Shown: positions 17,881 through 27,763 of the stretch, in pieces
Numbering within the stretch: the stretch's first letter is position 1
How the letters are laid out: each line of letters begins with the position of its first letter
NCBI GenBank assembly: GCA_046318595.1
Contig: JBKCTV010000091.1
Coordinates: 63,102-127,101 of the forward strand
DNA from: Burkholderiaceae bacterium
Lineage (GTDB): Bacteria > Pseudomonadota > Gammaproteobacteria > Burkholderiales > Burkholderiaceae_B
Length of the DNA: 64,000 bases
Direction: 5' to 3'
Notes under the pieces: model-generated
What the model saw: the letters and a program-made list of their open reading frames with translations, nothing else
What the model was told of the DNA's origin: nothing
Database searches by the model: none
Position numbers and translations under genes: made by a program

Positions 17881-20220
17881 TCATTCGTAATCCATAAAAA
17901 CCGACGGTTTGGCCGCAGCTGGTGTGCCCGGCAGGTAACCCGGTACATTGCGTTTGAGCAGATCCAATGGGTTGGAGCCGATGTTGCCGAAGCCATTTAA
18001 TTGTAATTGAACGAACAGCGATGTATTACTGGTTCCGGTCGATGTGGCGAATTGCTGGCCGACGCCCCGCACCACCCAGCAACCGCCGTTGTACTCGATG
18101 CCTCCCAGGCTTTCGATCAGGCGGTTTTCGCGAATTGAATAGTTGAACCGGCCGACCGCCGAGATTTTCGGGGCGAGCGGCCATTGTCCGGAAATGTCAA
18201 ACTGATCAAGCGCATCGCGGGTGTATCGATAGTTGACGTTCAGCAAACGGCTGGTCGACGGGCGATAGCGGATGCCGAGATTGGAGCGCGACAGTTGCCG
18301 GCTTTCGGCCCCGACCTGAATGGCGCCGTCGACTGTCAGTCCGGGTCGGACTGCCCCTGACACGGCGGCCAGAAAATCGGACAGGCTGCGGTCGTTGGTC
18401 GTCGGTTGGCCTGGAATGACAAGACGCGTTTCGGTGAAATTGTAGCGTTGGCCGACGGCGAAGCGCAGTCTTTCGATGCCCGTGCCTTCGTCGATCAGCC
18501 GCGACACGGCCGCCGCCGTCAACTGATTCGCATCGCCCACCCGGTCCAGACCGCTGTAGCGGTTTTCCGCGAAAATCTGCGCAAAGTTGAAGTCGGTCGC
18601 TGCGGTATCGAACAGCGGCTGCTGGTTTTGTTCGCGATACGGGGCGTACAAATAATACAGGCGTGGCTCGAGCGTTTGCAAAAACGAACGGCCCAAAAAC
18701 CGCGTGGGACGCTCCAAAGTGACTTTGGCGTCCAGCGATGCGATCGGAATGCTGCTCGACTGCCGGGTATTTTGACCCGGATCGACGTGGTTCAGGTCGT
18801 AGCTGACGGCCTGCAGGCTCAGCCGTGGTGTGATGCTGAACGCCGGCGTCAGCAACGGATAGGAAATGCTCGGCCGCATGGCGATCCTCTGGCCTTGCAC
18901 CAGCGTCGGATGCGAAAATCCCGAGACTTCAGCCGTGACGTTCAGATCAGCACCCGCCACGTCGAGCTTCTGGCCGTTGAACAATAGCTGCGGCAGCCGG
19001 TCGTAGGGCGGCGTGATCAGCGCGGCGGGATCCTGCAAGGTTTGGTAGCGCGTTATCCGGCCGGTCAGCGTGTAGTCGGGCCGCGCATAGCTCAGGAAAA
19101 AATCGCGCGGCAGCGAGCGCTGCGAAGCGGCCGCCAGTGTGCGCGAAAAGTCGACGAAATATTGGTCGTCGGATACTTTGTTGATGTTCCAGCCGCCGTA
19201 TAAACCCTTGCCGTTGTTATAGGTATGGATGGCGAGCATCGAATAACGGTTGGAATTGGTTTGCCGGTCGCCGTCGAGCCGTTCGAAACGGAAGTCGCCA
19301 AAAAACGTTGGTTCGAGGTAACGTGCGATGCCGCCATATTGCAGACCGCGTTTGGATACCAGCCGTGTATTGACGACCAGGTCGCGGTTTGGCGCGATAT
19401 CCAGGTAATATGGCTGCAAGAGCTCGGCGCCGCCGCGCGAGGTGACACCGAACGAGGGGGATAGCAGACCACTTTTGCGCTTGTCTGTCAACGGGAAGCT
19501 CAGGATCGGCGACGCCAGAATCGGCACCTGCTTGAAATAGACCCGGCCATCGTGCGCCACACCTTCTTCCCTTGTGCCGTCGAGCTCCAGCGTGTCGGCG
19601 CGAATGTACCAGTCGGCATTCTCGGCATTCGGCGCATCGCAGGTCGTGTAATTCGGGTTTTGCATCTTCAGGCGTTCCGAGCCTTCGAAGTCGATCCGCT
19701 CCGCCTTGCCGTGCCCATTGATGTCTTTCAAATAATACGTCGGCTGATCGAAAGTGCCTTCGTAGCTGCTGAGTTTCATGCGCAAGCTCGGTCCCGTCAT
19801 CAGCAAGCCACCGCGACTGGTCCGGACGTTGCCACTGGCGCGTACTTCGTCGGCCGGAGCGTCGTAAATGATGACGTCGGCTTTCAATGTCGAGCCAGCT
19901 TTACGCACCTCGGCATTGCCTTTCATGACGGTTTCCGAATCACTCGTGCCGGAAATCGTGTCGGCCGATAAAAACGCCGGCAGCTCGGCGCCATCGTCGT
20001 TGCGCCGTTCGATCAGCTCGGTCTGCAAACGCAGCGTCAATGCCTCCTGCGCGGCGGCGACCATAGGCCGGATCGCTGCGGACAGCAGACCGAACAGGCC
20101 CGCATAACGGAAAGCATGGCGAAACAGAACCGAAGTAAATGACAAGGGGCGGATGAGAATCGAATCGAATAAGCCACTATTATAGAAGCTTGCGCCATTT
20201 GACATCGAACCATGCAACAT
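17881..20220 (-). CDS. lptD: LPS-assembly outer-membrane protein LptD
   Basis: About 775 aa. The size, the beta-rich Tyr/Gly/Asn composition and the position upstream of surA all fit LptD. The start is either 20220 or the ATG at 20205. Confidence 0.85.
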   Translation of the reverse strand: MLHGSMSNGASFYNSGLFDSILIRPLSFTSVLFRHAFRYAGLFGLLSAAIRPMVAAAQEALTLRLQTELIERRNDDGAELPAFLSADTISGTSDSETVMKGNAEVRKAGSTLKADVIIYDAPADEVRASGNVRTSRGGLLMTGPSLRMKLSSYEGTFDQPTYYLKDINGHGKAERIDFEGSERLKMQNPNYTTCDAPNAENADWYIRADTLELDGTREEGVAHDGRVYFKQVPILASPILSFPLTDKRKSGLLSPSFGVTSRGGAELLQPYYLDIAPNRDLVVNTRLVSKRGLQYGGIARYLEPTFFGDFRFERLDGDRQTNSNRYSMLAIHTYNNGKGLYGGWNINKVSDDQYFVDFSRTLAAASQRSLPRDFFLSYARPDYTLTGRITRYQTLQDPAALITPPYDRLPQLLFNGQKLDVAGADLNVTAEVSGFSHPTLVQGQRIAMRPSISYPLLTPAFSITPRLSLQAVSYDLNHVDPGQNTRQSSSIPIASLDAKVTLERPTRFLGRSFLQTLEPRLYYLYAPYREQNQQPLFDTAATDFNFAQIFAENRYSGLDRVGDANQLTAAAVSRLIDEGTGIERLRFAVGQRYNFTETRLVIPGQPTTNDRSLSDFLAAVSGAVRPGLTVDGAIQVGAESRQLSRSNLGIRYRPSTSRLLNVNYRYTRDALDQFDISGQWPLAPKISAVGRFNYSIRENRLIESLGGIEYNGGCWVVRGVGQQFATSTGTSNTSLFVQLQLNGFGNIGSNPLDLLKRNVPGYLPGTPAAAKPSVFMDYE

Positions 20221-21249
20221 TCACCCGACATCCGCCGCGCCGCGCTGCACGACTGGCTGAGCGAGCAGCCGGCTTTGCGGGCCGATCCGTCGACCCTGAC
20301 AATGGTCGCCGGCGACGCCAGCTTTCGCCGCTATTTCCGCGTGCAAACTAATTTATCGCAGCACGCCTCGCTGATTTTGATGGATGCGCCGCCGCCGGTG
20401 GAAGACATTCGACCCTTCGTGCAAGTCGCCGAGTTGCTGGCCGCGACCGGCGTCAGCGTGCCGCAGGTGCTGGTCAGCGATGCCGATCAGGGGTTTCTGG
20501 CGCTGTCCGACCTGGGCGACCGGACGTATGCCACTCGCCTGAACTCCGAGACTGCCGACGACATGTACCGCCTGGCGGGCAGTGCACTGCTGCGCATGCA
20601 AACGGCGCTGATGCCTGCAGCCTGCGGCTTGCCTGCGTACGATGCCGTGAGGCTCGGCGCGGAAATGCAGCTCTTCGTCGACTGGTATGTGAACCGGCAC
20701 CTCGAAACCGCGCTGACCGCTGCCGAGCGACCGGCGCTGCAGACGGTATTCGATCTGCTGACCGCCGATGCGCTGGCCCAGCCACAGGTCTTCGTGCACC
20801 GCGACTACCATAGCCGCAACCTGATGGTGCTCGACGCCCCCGCCGTTACGCCCGGCATACTCGATTTTCAGGACGCCGTGATCGGCCCGTTGACCTACGA
20901 TCTCGTATCGCTGCTGCGCGATGCCTATGTCGAGTGGCCCGATGAGCAGGTGCTCGACTGGGCGATCCGTTATTGGGAAAAAGCACGCGCCCAGGGCTTG
21001 CCGGTGCCTGCCGACGCCAGCGAGTTTTTCCGGCAGTTCGAATGGATGGGTTTGCAGCGGCATTTGAAGGTGTTGGGCATTTTTGCGCGTTTGCATTACC
21101 GCGACGGCAAATCCGCTTATCTGAACGATCTGCCACGGGTGCTCGGTTACGCCCGTCGCGTGGCCGAGCGTTTTTCGGTGTTCAAGCCACTGGCCCGGCT
21201 GTTCGAGCGATTGGACGGGCAGACGGCCCAGGTCGCTTATACCTTTTGA
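20212..21249 (+). CDS. amgK: aminoglycoside-phosphotransferase-fold kinase, N-acetylmuramate/N-acetylglucosamine kinase AmgK-like
   Basis: 345 aa with DASFRRYFR near the N-terminus and the HRDYHSRNLM catalytic loop. It is divergent from lptD and followed by murU, as in pseudomonads. Confidence 0.7.
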   Translation: MQHSPDIRRAALHDWLSEQPALRADPSTLTMVAGDASFRRYFRVQTNLSQHASLILMDAPPPVEDIRPFVQVAELLAATGVSVPQVLVSDADQGFLALSDLGDRTYATRLNSETADDMYRLAGSALLRMQTALMPAACGLPAYDAVRLGAEMQLFVDWYVNRHLETALTAAERPALQTVFDLLTADALAQPQVFVHRDYHSRNLMVLDAPAVTPGILDFQDAVIGPLTYDLVSLLRDAYVEWPDEQVLDWAIRYWEKARAQGLPVPADASEFFRQFEWMGLQRHLKVLGIFARLHYRDGKSAYLNDLPRVLGYARRVAERFSVFKPLARLFERLDGQTAQVAYTF

Positions 21250-21268
21250 CGTGCCGGTGAATCCCCCC

Positions 21269-21979
21269 ATGCAGGCCATGATCCTGGCCGCTGGTCGCGG
21301 CGAACGCATGCGGCCGCTGACCGATACCTGCCCAAAACCGCTTTTGCAGGCCGGTGGACGATCCTTGCTCGAATGGCATCTGGCGGCGCTTGCCACGGCG
21401 GGGTTCCATGAGGTGGTCATCAATCATGCCTATCTCGGCGAGGCGATCGAAGCCGCCATCGGCGACGGGCGGCGCTGGGGTTTGCGCATCCGCTATGCGG
21501 CCGAGCCGGCGGCCCTGGAAACGGCCGGCGGCATCGCTACGGCCCAGCCCTGGCTGGGCGACTCGCCCGACGCTCCATTTTTGGTCGTCAATGGTGATGT
21601 GTTCAGCGACTGGGATCGTCGGCAGGCGTTCGCGTTTGCGGAGATGCTCTCGACCACTGGGGCCGATGCCCAGCTCGTGCTGGTCGCCAACCCGGCACAC
21701 CACCCGATGGGCGACTTCTGGCTGAACGCGACAGGGCGCATTGTCACCGACGCTGCCGATTCGCCCGCTCGCCGTGGAACATTCGCCGGCATCGGTGTTT
21801 ATCGCCCGAGCCTGTTCGCCGGGCTCGCCATCGGCCAGGCAGCTCCCTTGGCATCCCTGTTGAGGGAGGCGATTGGCCGGCAAAGCGTCCTGGGCTGCTG
21901 GTATGATGGTTTATGGATGGATATTGGCACGCCAGAGCGTTTGAACGATCTTAATCTGCTACTGAAAGTATCTCGATGA
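21269..21979 (+). CDS. murU: N-acetylmuramate alpha-1-phosphate uridylyltransferase MurU-like nucleotidyltransferase
   Basis: MQAMILAAGRGERMRPLT is the sugar-nucleotidyltransferase signature. The ATG at 21269 is preferred over the GTG at 21251. Confidence 0.7.
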   Translation: MQAMILAAGRGERMRPLTDTCPKPLLQAGGRSLLEWHLAALATAGFHEVVINHAYLGEAIEAAIGDGRRWGLRIRYAAEPAALETAGGIATAQPWLGDSPDAPFLVVNGDVFSDWDRRQAFAFAEMLSTTGADAQLVLVANPAHHPMGDFWLNATGRIVTDAADSPARRGTFAGIGVYRPSLFAGLAIGQAAPLASLLREAIGRQSVLGCWYDGLWMDIGTPERLNDLNLLLKVSR

Positions 21980-23346
21980 ACGAATCCTTGCAGCAACAGC
22001 GGCGCCGGCGGTTAGCCGATGCTGTCGCCGAGACGGGCGGCGGTATCGCGGTGATCTCGACCGGTCCGGAAGTCATGCGTAACCGCGACAGCGATTACCC
22101 GTATCGGTCCGACAGTTATTTTTATTATCTGACGGCGTTTCCCGAACCCGAGGCCTGCGTGGTGGTTATTGCCGCCGACGGCGACAGGCCGGCGCGCAGC
22201 GTGCTGTTCTGCCGCCCGAAGAATCCGGAACGCGAAATCTGGGACGGTTTTCGCCATGGACCGGACGCCGTGTGTGCGCGCTTCGGTTTCGACGCAGCCT
22301 ATGCGATCGACGAGCTCGATGCAAAAATGCCCGAGCTGCTGGCCGATCAGCCGGCCATCCATTATCTGCTGGGCTACGATGGCGCGCTCGACGAGCGCGT
22401 GCGCTGCTGGCTGAAGGCCGTGCGTGCGAAAGCCCGCAGCGGCGTCGGCGCCCCCGTGCGGCTCCACGATGCCGCCGTGTTGCTCGACGAGTTCCGTCTG
22501 TTCAAAGACAAGGTCGAGCTCAACACCATGCGCCGTGCCGCCGACATCAGCGCTCAGGCGCACCGCCGGATCATGCAGGTCGCCGCGCCCGGCCGTCACG
22601 AATACGAAATCGAAGCTGAACTGCTCTATTATTTCCGTAAAAAAGGCGCTGCCGGGCCCGCTTATGGTTCGATCGTCGCGGCGGGCGCCAACGCCTGCGT
22701 GCTGCATTACCGGGCGAATGATCAGTTGCTGCACGCCGGCGATCTGTTGCTCGTCGATGCCGGCTGCGAGCTCGACGGCTATGCGTCCGACATCACCCGA
22801 ACGATTCCGATCAGCGGGCAGTTTTCCGACGTGCAAGCCGATATCTATGAGATCGTGCTGGCCGCCCAACAGGCCGCGATCGCCGCGATCCGTCCTGGTG
22901 CCGCGTTCAACGACGCCCACGACGCGGCCTTACGGATGCTGGCGCAAGGCCTGCTCGAGCTGGGGGTGTGTACCGGCAGTGTCGACGACGTGATCGAGTC
23001 GGAGGCCTACAAACCGTTTTACATGCACCGCACCAGTCACTGGCTGGGCATGGACGTCCATGATTGTGGCCGTTATCAGGAAACGGCCGAGCCGGGGGCG
23101 AGTGCAGCCGGCGCATCTTCGCGGCGGCTGCAGCCGGGCATGGTGCTGACGGTCGAACCGGGGCTATATATCCGACCTGCCGACGACATTCCGCGCGCGT
23201 ACTGGAACATCGGCGTGCGGATCGAAGACGATATTGCCGTGACGCCGGATGGCTGTGAAGTGCTCAGTGCCTATGCACCCAAAGACCGCTTGGAAATCGA
23301 AGCCCTGATGCGTGACGCCCGCACCGCCAGTTCTGCCACGAAATGA
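21976..23346 (+). CDS. pepP: Xaa-Pro aminopeptidase
   Basis: 456 aa with M24B metal-ligand contexts (VDAGCELDGYASDITRT, HWLGMDVHD, TVEPG). Confidence 0.85.
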   Translation: MNESLQQQRRRRLADAVAETGGGIAVISTGPEVMRNRDSDYPYRSDSYFYYLTAFPEPEACVVVIAADGDRPARSVLFCRPKNPEREIWDGFRHGPDAVCARFGFDAAYAIDELDAKMPELLADQPAIHYLLGYDGALDERVRCWLKAVRAKARSGVGAPVRLHDAAVLLDEFRLFKDKVELNTMRRAADISAQAHRRIMQVAAPGRHEYEIEAELLYYFRKKGAAGPAYGSIVAAGANACVLHYRANDQLLHAGDLLLVDAGCELDGYASDITRTIPISGQFSDVQADIYEIVLAAQQAAIAAIRPGAAFNDAHDAALRMLAQGLLELGVCTGSVDDVIESEAYKPFYMHRTSHWLGMDVHDCGRYQETAEPGASAAGASSRRLQPGMVLTVEPGLYIRPADDIPRAYWNIGVRIEDDIAVTPDGCEVLSAYAPKDRLEIEALMRDARTASSATK

Positions 23347-24539
23347 TCGGGCCGGCTGATCCGTTCGACGTGCTGATCGTTGGGGCGGGGCCGGCGGGTT
23401 TGACGATGGCGGCCCTGCTGGCCGAGCGTTTCGGCGCGGCGGCTCACCGGGTCGGACTGCTCGACACCCGCCCGCAGCCAGCCGGCATCCGCGATCCACG
23501 GGTCTTGGCCCTGTCCGAGGCCAGTCGTATGCGTTTGCTGCGGTTCGGTTTTCCAGGCAATGCCCATGCGATTCGGCATATCCATGTGTCGGAAGCCGGC
23601 GGCTTGGGACGGGTATGGATCGATGCCGCCGAGTTTGCCAAGCCCGCGCTTGGCTGGACCGTGCCTTACGACGATTTGCAGCGCGCTTTGCAGGCGGTGG
23701 TCGATGACAGCGGGGTCCGGCAACTGACCGGCGCGGTCGCGCATCGTACGCCGACCGATGCCGCTATCGAGCTTCGTTTGGCCGATGGCCGCATACTACA
23801 TACTCATTTGCATATCGATGCCGAAGGCGGGCGGCATGGCCAGGCGCTGCCGCACGACACCCAGCGCGATTATGGCCAGTCGGCGCTGATCGCGACTATT
23901 TTTGCAAGACCGGTCACTGGTGACACGGTCGATGCGCACACCGCATTCGAACGCTTTACGACGGAAGGACCATTGGCTTTACTGCCCATGAGCCATGAGG
24001 CGCCCGTACCGGACGGCGCCCAGGCTTACTCGGTCGTCTGGTGCGGGTCGGCTGAATCGACCGCGCACCGCCGGATGCTAGCGGACCCCGATTTCCTGCA
24101 GGCGATTGGTGGTCTCATGGCTGGCCGCGTCGTGCCATTGGCCGTTCTGCCGGGCCGCCAGGTTTTTCCGCTGGGCCTGAACCTGCGCCGGGCGTTGACC
24201 GGGTGGCGTTACGCCGCGATTGGCAATGCCGCGCAGATTCTGCATCCGGTGGCCGGTCAGGGGCTCAATCTCGGGCTACGTGACGCTCAGGCGCTGGCGG
24301 ATCGTCTGCGGCCGGGCCTTACATCGCAGCCCGGTTGCTTGGCGGCGCTGTTGACTGACTACGCCCGCAGCCGCCGTGGCGATCGCAGCGCCATCGTCGG
24401 CCTGACCGACGCGATGGCCAGAACATTCGTATCGGGAAGTCTTTTGCCGGCTTTCGCCCGACGATTCGCGCTGCCTCTGCTCGAAGGCTTGCCAAGCGCC
24501 CGACGTGCCCTTGCGGCTAGATTATTATTCGGTGCTTGA
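23343..24539 (+). CDS. UbiH/UbiF/VisC-family FAD-dependent ubiquinone-biosynthesis hydroxylase
   Basis: 398 aa with the DVLIVGAGPAGLTMA FAD fold. It lies immediately after pepP, as in the enterobacterial pepP-ubiH arrangement. Confidence 0.8.
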   Translation: MIGPADPFDVLIVGAGPAGLTMAALLAERFGAAAHRVGLLDTRPQPAGIRDPRVLALSEASRMRLLRFGFPGNAHAIRHIHVSEAGGLGRVWIDAAEFAKPALGWTVPYDDLQRALQAVVDDSGVRQLTGAVAHRTPTDAAIELRLADGRILHTHLHIDAEGGRHGQALPHDTQRDYGQSALIATIFARPVTGDTVDAHTAFERFTTEGPLALLPMSHEAPVPDGAQAYSVVWCGSAESTAHRRMLADPDFLQAIGGLMAGRVVPLAVLPGRQVFPLGLNLRRALTGWRYAAIGNAAQILHPVAGQGLNLGLRDAQALADRLRPGLTSQPGCLAALLTDYARSRRGDRSAIVGLTDAMARTFVSGSLLPAFARRFALPLLEGLPSARRALAARLLFGA

Positions 24540-24551
24540 GTTTTTAAAATT

Positions 24552-26174
24552 ATGGATCGAATGCCAACCAGATTTTCTCAGCCATCCGACGAGGCGCCGT
24601 CAGCCGAACATTGGCGGTTGCTGACGCACCACGCCGCTCGGCTTCGAGGCTGGACGCCCAGCGACTGGTTGCACTACCGTACACGTCCCGACGCGCCGAA
24701 TGCCGTTTTGCAAGCCGGCGGTTTGCGGCTCGATCACACCCGCCAAAAAATCGATGCCGCCGCTTGGCAGGCTTTGCAGGCACTGGCTGCGGCGTCGCCA
24801 ATCGCCCGCTGGCGGGCGGCCATGTTTGCCGGCGAGCCGTTGAACAGCACCGAGGGACGGGCCGTCAAGCATTGGGAATGGCGCGGCGCCATACCCGGCG
24901 CAGCCGTGGCCGCAACGGTGGCACGGCTGACCGCCTGGATGGCGCGTTTGCAAAGCGGCGAGTTTTTATTGTCGGGTGGCGACAAACCGCAGGCCGTCAT
25001 TCATCTGGGCATCGGGGGTTCCTACCTCGGCCCGTTGTTGGTCGCCGAGGCGATCGCCTATTGCCCGGACCGGCGGACCGGCTTGCCTGTGCATTTCGTG
25101 GCGAACGTCGATGCTCACGAGTTGCAAAGCGTTTTGCAAACGCTCGATCCTCACACCACGCTGGTCACGATCGCGTCCAAAACTTTCGGGACCCGTGAAA
25201 CCATGCGCAATGCGCAGTCCATTCTCGAGTGGATGGCGGCGCACGGGGTCGCGGCGCCGCTCGCGCATTGCGTTGCATTGACGGCCGCTGCCGACCGGGC
25301 ATTGTCCTGGGGGGTGCCGGCCTCGCAGATATTCACGTTCGACGACAGTGTCGGCGGGCGTTTCTCGATTTGGAGTCCGGTCGGCTTACCCGCCCGGATC
25401 GCTCTGGGCGAGCTTCGCTGGCAGGAGTTACTGCGCGGCGCCCGCGCCGCCGATGCGCATTTCTGCGACGCCGCCTTGCCCGACAATCTACCCGTCGTGC
25501 TGGCGCTGCTCGACGTCTGGAATCACAGCATCTGCGGTTTACCGGCGCGCATCGTCGCGCCCTACGATGCGCGCTTGCGCTGGCTCGTCGGATATTTGCA
25601 GCAGTTGGAAATGGAAAGCCTGGGCAAACGTCTCGATCTGAATGGACGGGTCGCCGTTCATGCAGCCTGTCCGATGATCTGGGGGGAGCCCGGCACCAAC
25701 GGTCAGCACGCCTACTTTCAATGGTTGCATCAGGCCGACCGCCCGGTCGCCGTCGAAATGCTGATGGTGGCGCGCAGTTCTCACGCGTTCGACGAACATC
25801 AAAACATTTTATTGGCCAATGTGCTGGCCCAGGCCGATGCCTTGGCCTATGGTCGCCGTGCCGAGCGCGGCCCGGACGGAGCCGACGACTATCTCGCCGC
25901 CTGGAAAGACTTGCCCGGCGGTCAGCCGGTCAGCTTGTGGGGGATGCCCGTGCTCGACGCTTATCACCTCGGGTTCCTGCTGGCCGTCTACGAGCACAAA
26001 ATGGTCTGTCTGGGTGCGCTTTGGAATATCAATCCTTTCGATCAGTTCGGGGTCGAACTGGGCAAAGTCATGGCGAGCGATGTTGAGCGTCTTCTCACCC
26101 AAGGTCCGGCATCCACCACGTCCGCTGATATGGCTGCGACTTTGGATTGGCTCGATGTATGCCGCAGCCGCTGA
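24552..26174 (+). CDS. pgi: glucose-6-phosphate isomerase
   Basis: 540 aa with HLGIGGSYLGP and the GEPGTNGQHAYFQ signature segments. Confidence 0.85.
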   Translation: MDRMPTRFSQPSDEAPSAEHWRLLTHHAARLRGWTPSDWLHYRTRPDAPNAVLQAGGLRLDHTRQKIDAAAWQALQALAAASPIARWRAAMFAGEPLNSTEGRAVKHWEWRGAIPGAAVAATVARLTAWMARLQSGEFLLSGGDKPQAVIHLGIGGSYLGPLLVAEAIAYCPDRRTGLPVHFVANVDAHELQSVLQTLDPHTTLVTIASKTFGTRETMRNAQSILEWMAAHGVAAPLAHCVALTAAADRALSWGVPASQIFTFDDSVGGRFSIWSPVGLPARIALGELRWQELLRGARAADAHFCDAALPDNLPVVLALLDVWNHSICGLPARIVAPYDARLRWLVGYLQQLEMESLGKRLDLNGRVAVHAACPMIWGEPGTNGQHAYFQWLHQADRPVAVEMLMVARSSHAFDEHQNILLANVLAQADALAYGRRAERGPDGADDYLAAWKDLPGGQPVSLWGMPVLDAYHLGFLLAVYEHKMVCLGALWNINPFDQFGVELGKVMASDVERLLTQGPASTTSADMAATLDWLDVCRSR

Positions 26175-26818
26175 TTCCGTCATGCCCGTCGAAGGTCCCC
26201 GTCGATTGGCTGGCGATCGAATCCGTTCAGCAACGTTTTCGCGAGCCGCGGCCTTGGCGGCCTGAAACCGTCGAGCCACGAATTTTCGAGGCGCCGCCGG
26301 TCGCCGCTGCCGTGCTGATGCTACTGATTCCGCATGCGGACGGACCGCGTATTTTGTTGACCGAGCGGACCGCGCATCTGCGCCAGCATCCCGGACAGAT
26401 CAGTTTTCCGGGCGGTCGCCACGAACCGCACGATGTCGATGCGGTTGCCACGGCTGTGCGCGAAACCCGGGAAGAAGTCGGCATCGACCCGACTTTGGTC
26501 GAGGTGTTCGGCACATTGCCGCCTTACCTGACAGCCAGTAATTTCGCGGTAACGCCCGTTGTCGCCCGGCTGCAAACGGCGGTTGATGGCGCGGCCACCC
26601 GCTTCGCTGCCGATGCCCGCGAGGTACAGCGCCTGATCGTCGCTCCTGTGCGCGAACTGCTCGACCCCGATCGGTATGTTCGGCAAATGATCGTGACTTC
26701 GCAGGGCCAACGCTCTGTTTGGGTGATCACCTATACCGACGCGGCTGGCGCCTCGCACCGCATCTGGGGTGCGACCGCAGCGATGCTACGCAACTTTTAT
26801 CGGTTTCTGAAAGGCTGA
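26147..26818 (+). CDS. NUDIX hydrolase, CoA pyrophosphatase-like
   Basis: Nudix box GGRHEPHDVDAVATAVRETREEVGI. The start is uncertain; 26147 and 26159 both overlap the pgi 3' end. Confidence 0.8.
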   Translation: MARCMPQPLIPSCPSKVPVDWLAIESVQQRFREPRPWRPETVEPRIFEAPPVAAAVLMLLIPHADGPRILLTERTAHLRQHPGQISFPGGRHEPHDVDAVATAVRETREEVGIDPTLVEVFGTLPPYLTASNFAVTPVVARLQTAVDGAATRFAADAREVQRLIVAPVRELLDPDRYVRQMIVTSQGQRSVWVITYTDAAGASHRIWGATAAMLRNFYRFLKG

Positions 26819-26820
26819 CC

Positions 26821-27756
26821 GTGGGGTTTTTGTCATTGCTGCTGGCCTTGCTGCTCGAACAAATCCGGCCTTTGCACCGCGACCAGCCTTTACGGCATGC
26901 AATTGATGCTACCAGCGGCTGGGCGGATCGGTTTCTCCACGCCGCCGACCAGCCCGTGTTCGGGATCATGGCCTGGGTGGCCGTGGCCGGCGGCTGGTCT
27001 TTGCTCACATGGACCATCTGGTGGCTGGCGCGCAGTTTGATCGGCGAGCTTGGCGGACTCGTTTCGATCGGCGCGCTTTACCTGACTTTGGGTTTCCGCC
27101 AGTTCGGTCGGCGTTTCACGGATATTCAAGTGGCGCTCAGCCAAAACCGTCTCGAGCAGGCGCGTAACATTCTGCAAAGCTGGAAACAGCAGACCGAGCC
27201 CAGTTTTCAAGCGAGTCGCCTGAGCCGTGAGGATGTCGTGCGCGTTTGCGTCGAGCACGCCTTGGACTTGTCGTATCGGCACGTTTTCGCCGTCATGTTC
27301 TGGTTTCTCGTGCTGCCCGGCCCGATGGGCGCCGTGCTATACCGCGTGGCCGACTACCTGAGCCGCATCTGGAACGATCCACGCCATCAGGGCTGGATAT
27401 TCGGAACGGTCGCGGTGCGGTTGCAACGCGCGCTGGACTGGCTACCTGCGCGTCTGACGGCCCTGAGCTTCGCCGCCGCCGGTAATTTCGATGATGCGAG
27501 CATGCTCTGGCGTCAATACACCCGACGGCCAACCGGGAAATCCCCTCGCGGGGTACTGGTCGCGGTGGGGCTGGGTGCGCTTGGCGTGCGCTTCGATAGC
27601 GACACGGCGGCTGCCGATGTTACGACGGTGGACAGCGGGGCGGGGCTCGTGGTCGACACGACGCTGCTGGCGACAGCCGTTGGTTTGATATGGCGCAGCC
27701 TGATGATCTGGATGGGGCTGTTGCTGCTGATCACCGTGGCTGGTCTCATCCGTTAG
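26821..27756 (+). CDS. CobD/CbiB-family (AmpE-like) membrane protein
   Basis: 311 aa from the GTG at 26821, right after the nudix stop. It is a multi-TM protein opening VGFLSLLLALLLEQIRPL. The family call is from memory of CobD-like N-termini. Confidence 0.6.
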   Translation: MGFLSLLLALLLEQIRPLHRDQPLRHAIDATSGWADRFLHAADQPVFGIMAWVAVAGGWSLLTWTIWWLARSLIGELGGLVSIGALYLTLGFRQFGRRFTDIQVALSQNRLEQARNILQSWKQQTEPSFQASRLSREDVVRVCVEHALDLSYRHVFAVMFWFLVLPGPMGAVLYRVADYLSRIWNDPRHQGWIFGTVAVRLQRALDWLPARLTALSFAAAGNFDDASMLWRQYTRRPTGKSPRGVLVAVGLGALGVRFDSDTAAADVTTVDSGAGLVVDTTLLATAVGLIWRSLMIWMGLLLLITVAGLIR

Positions 27757-27763
27757 ATGCAAC

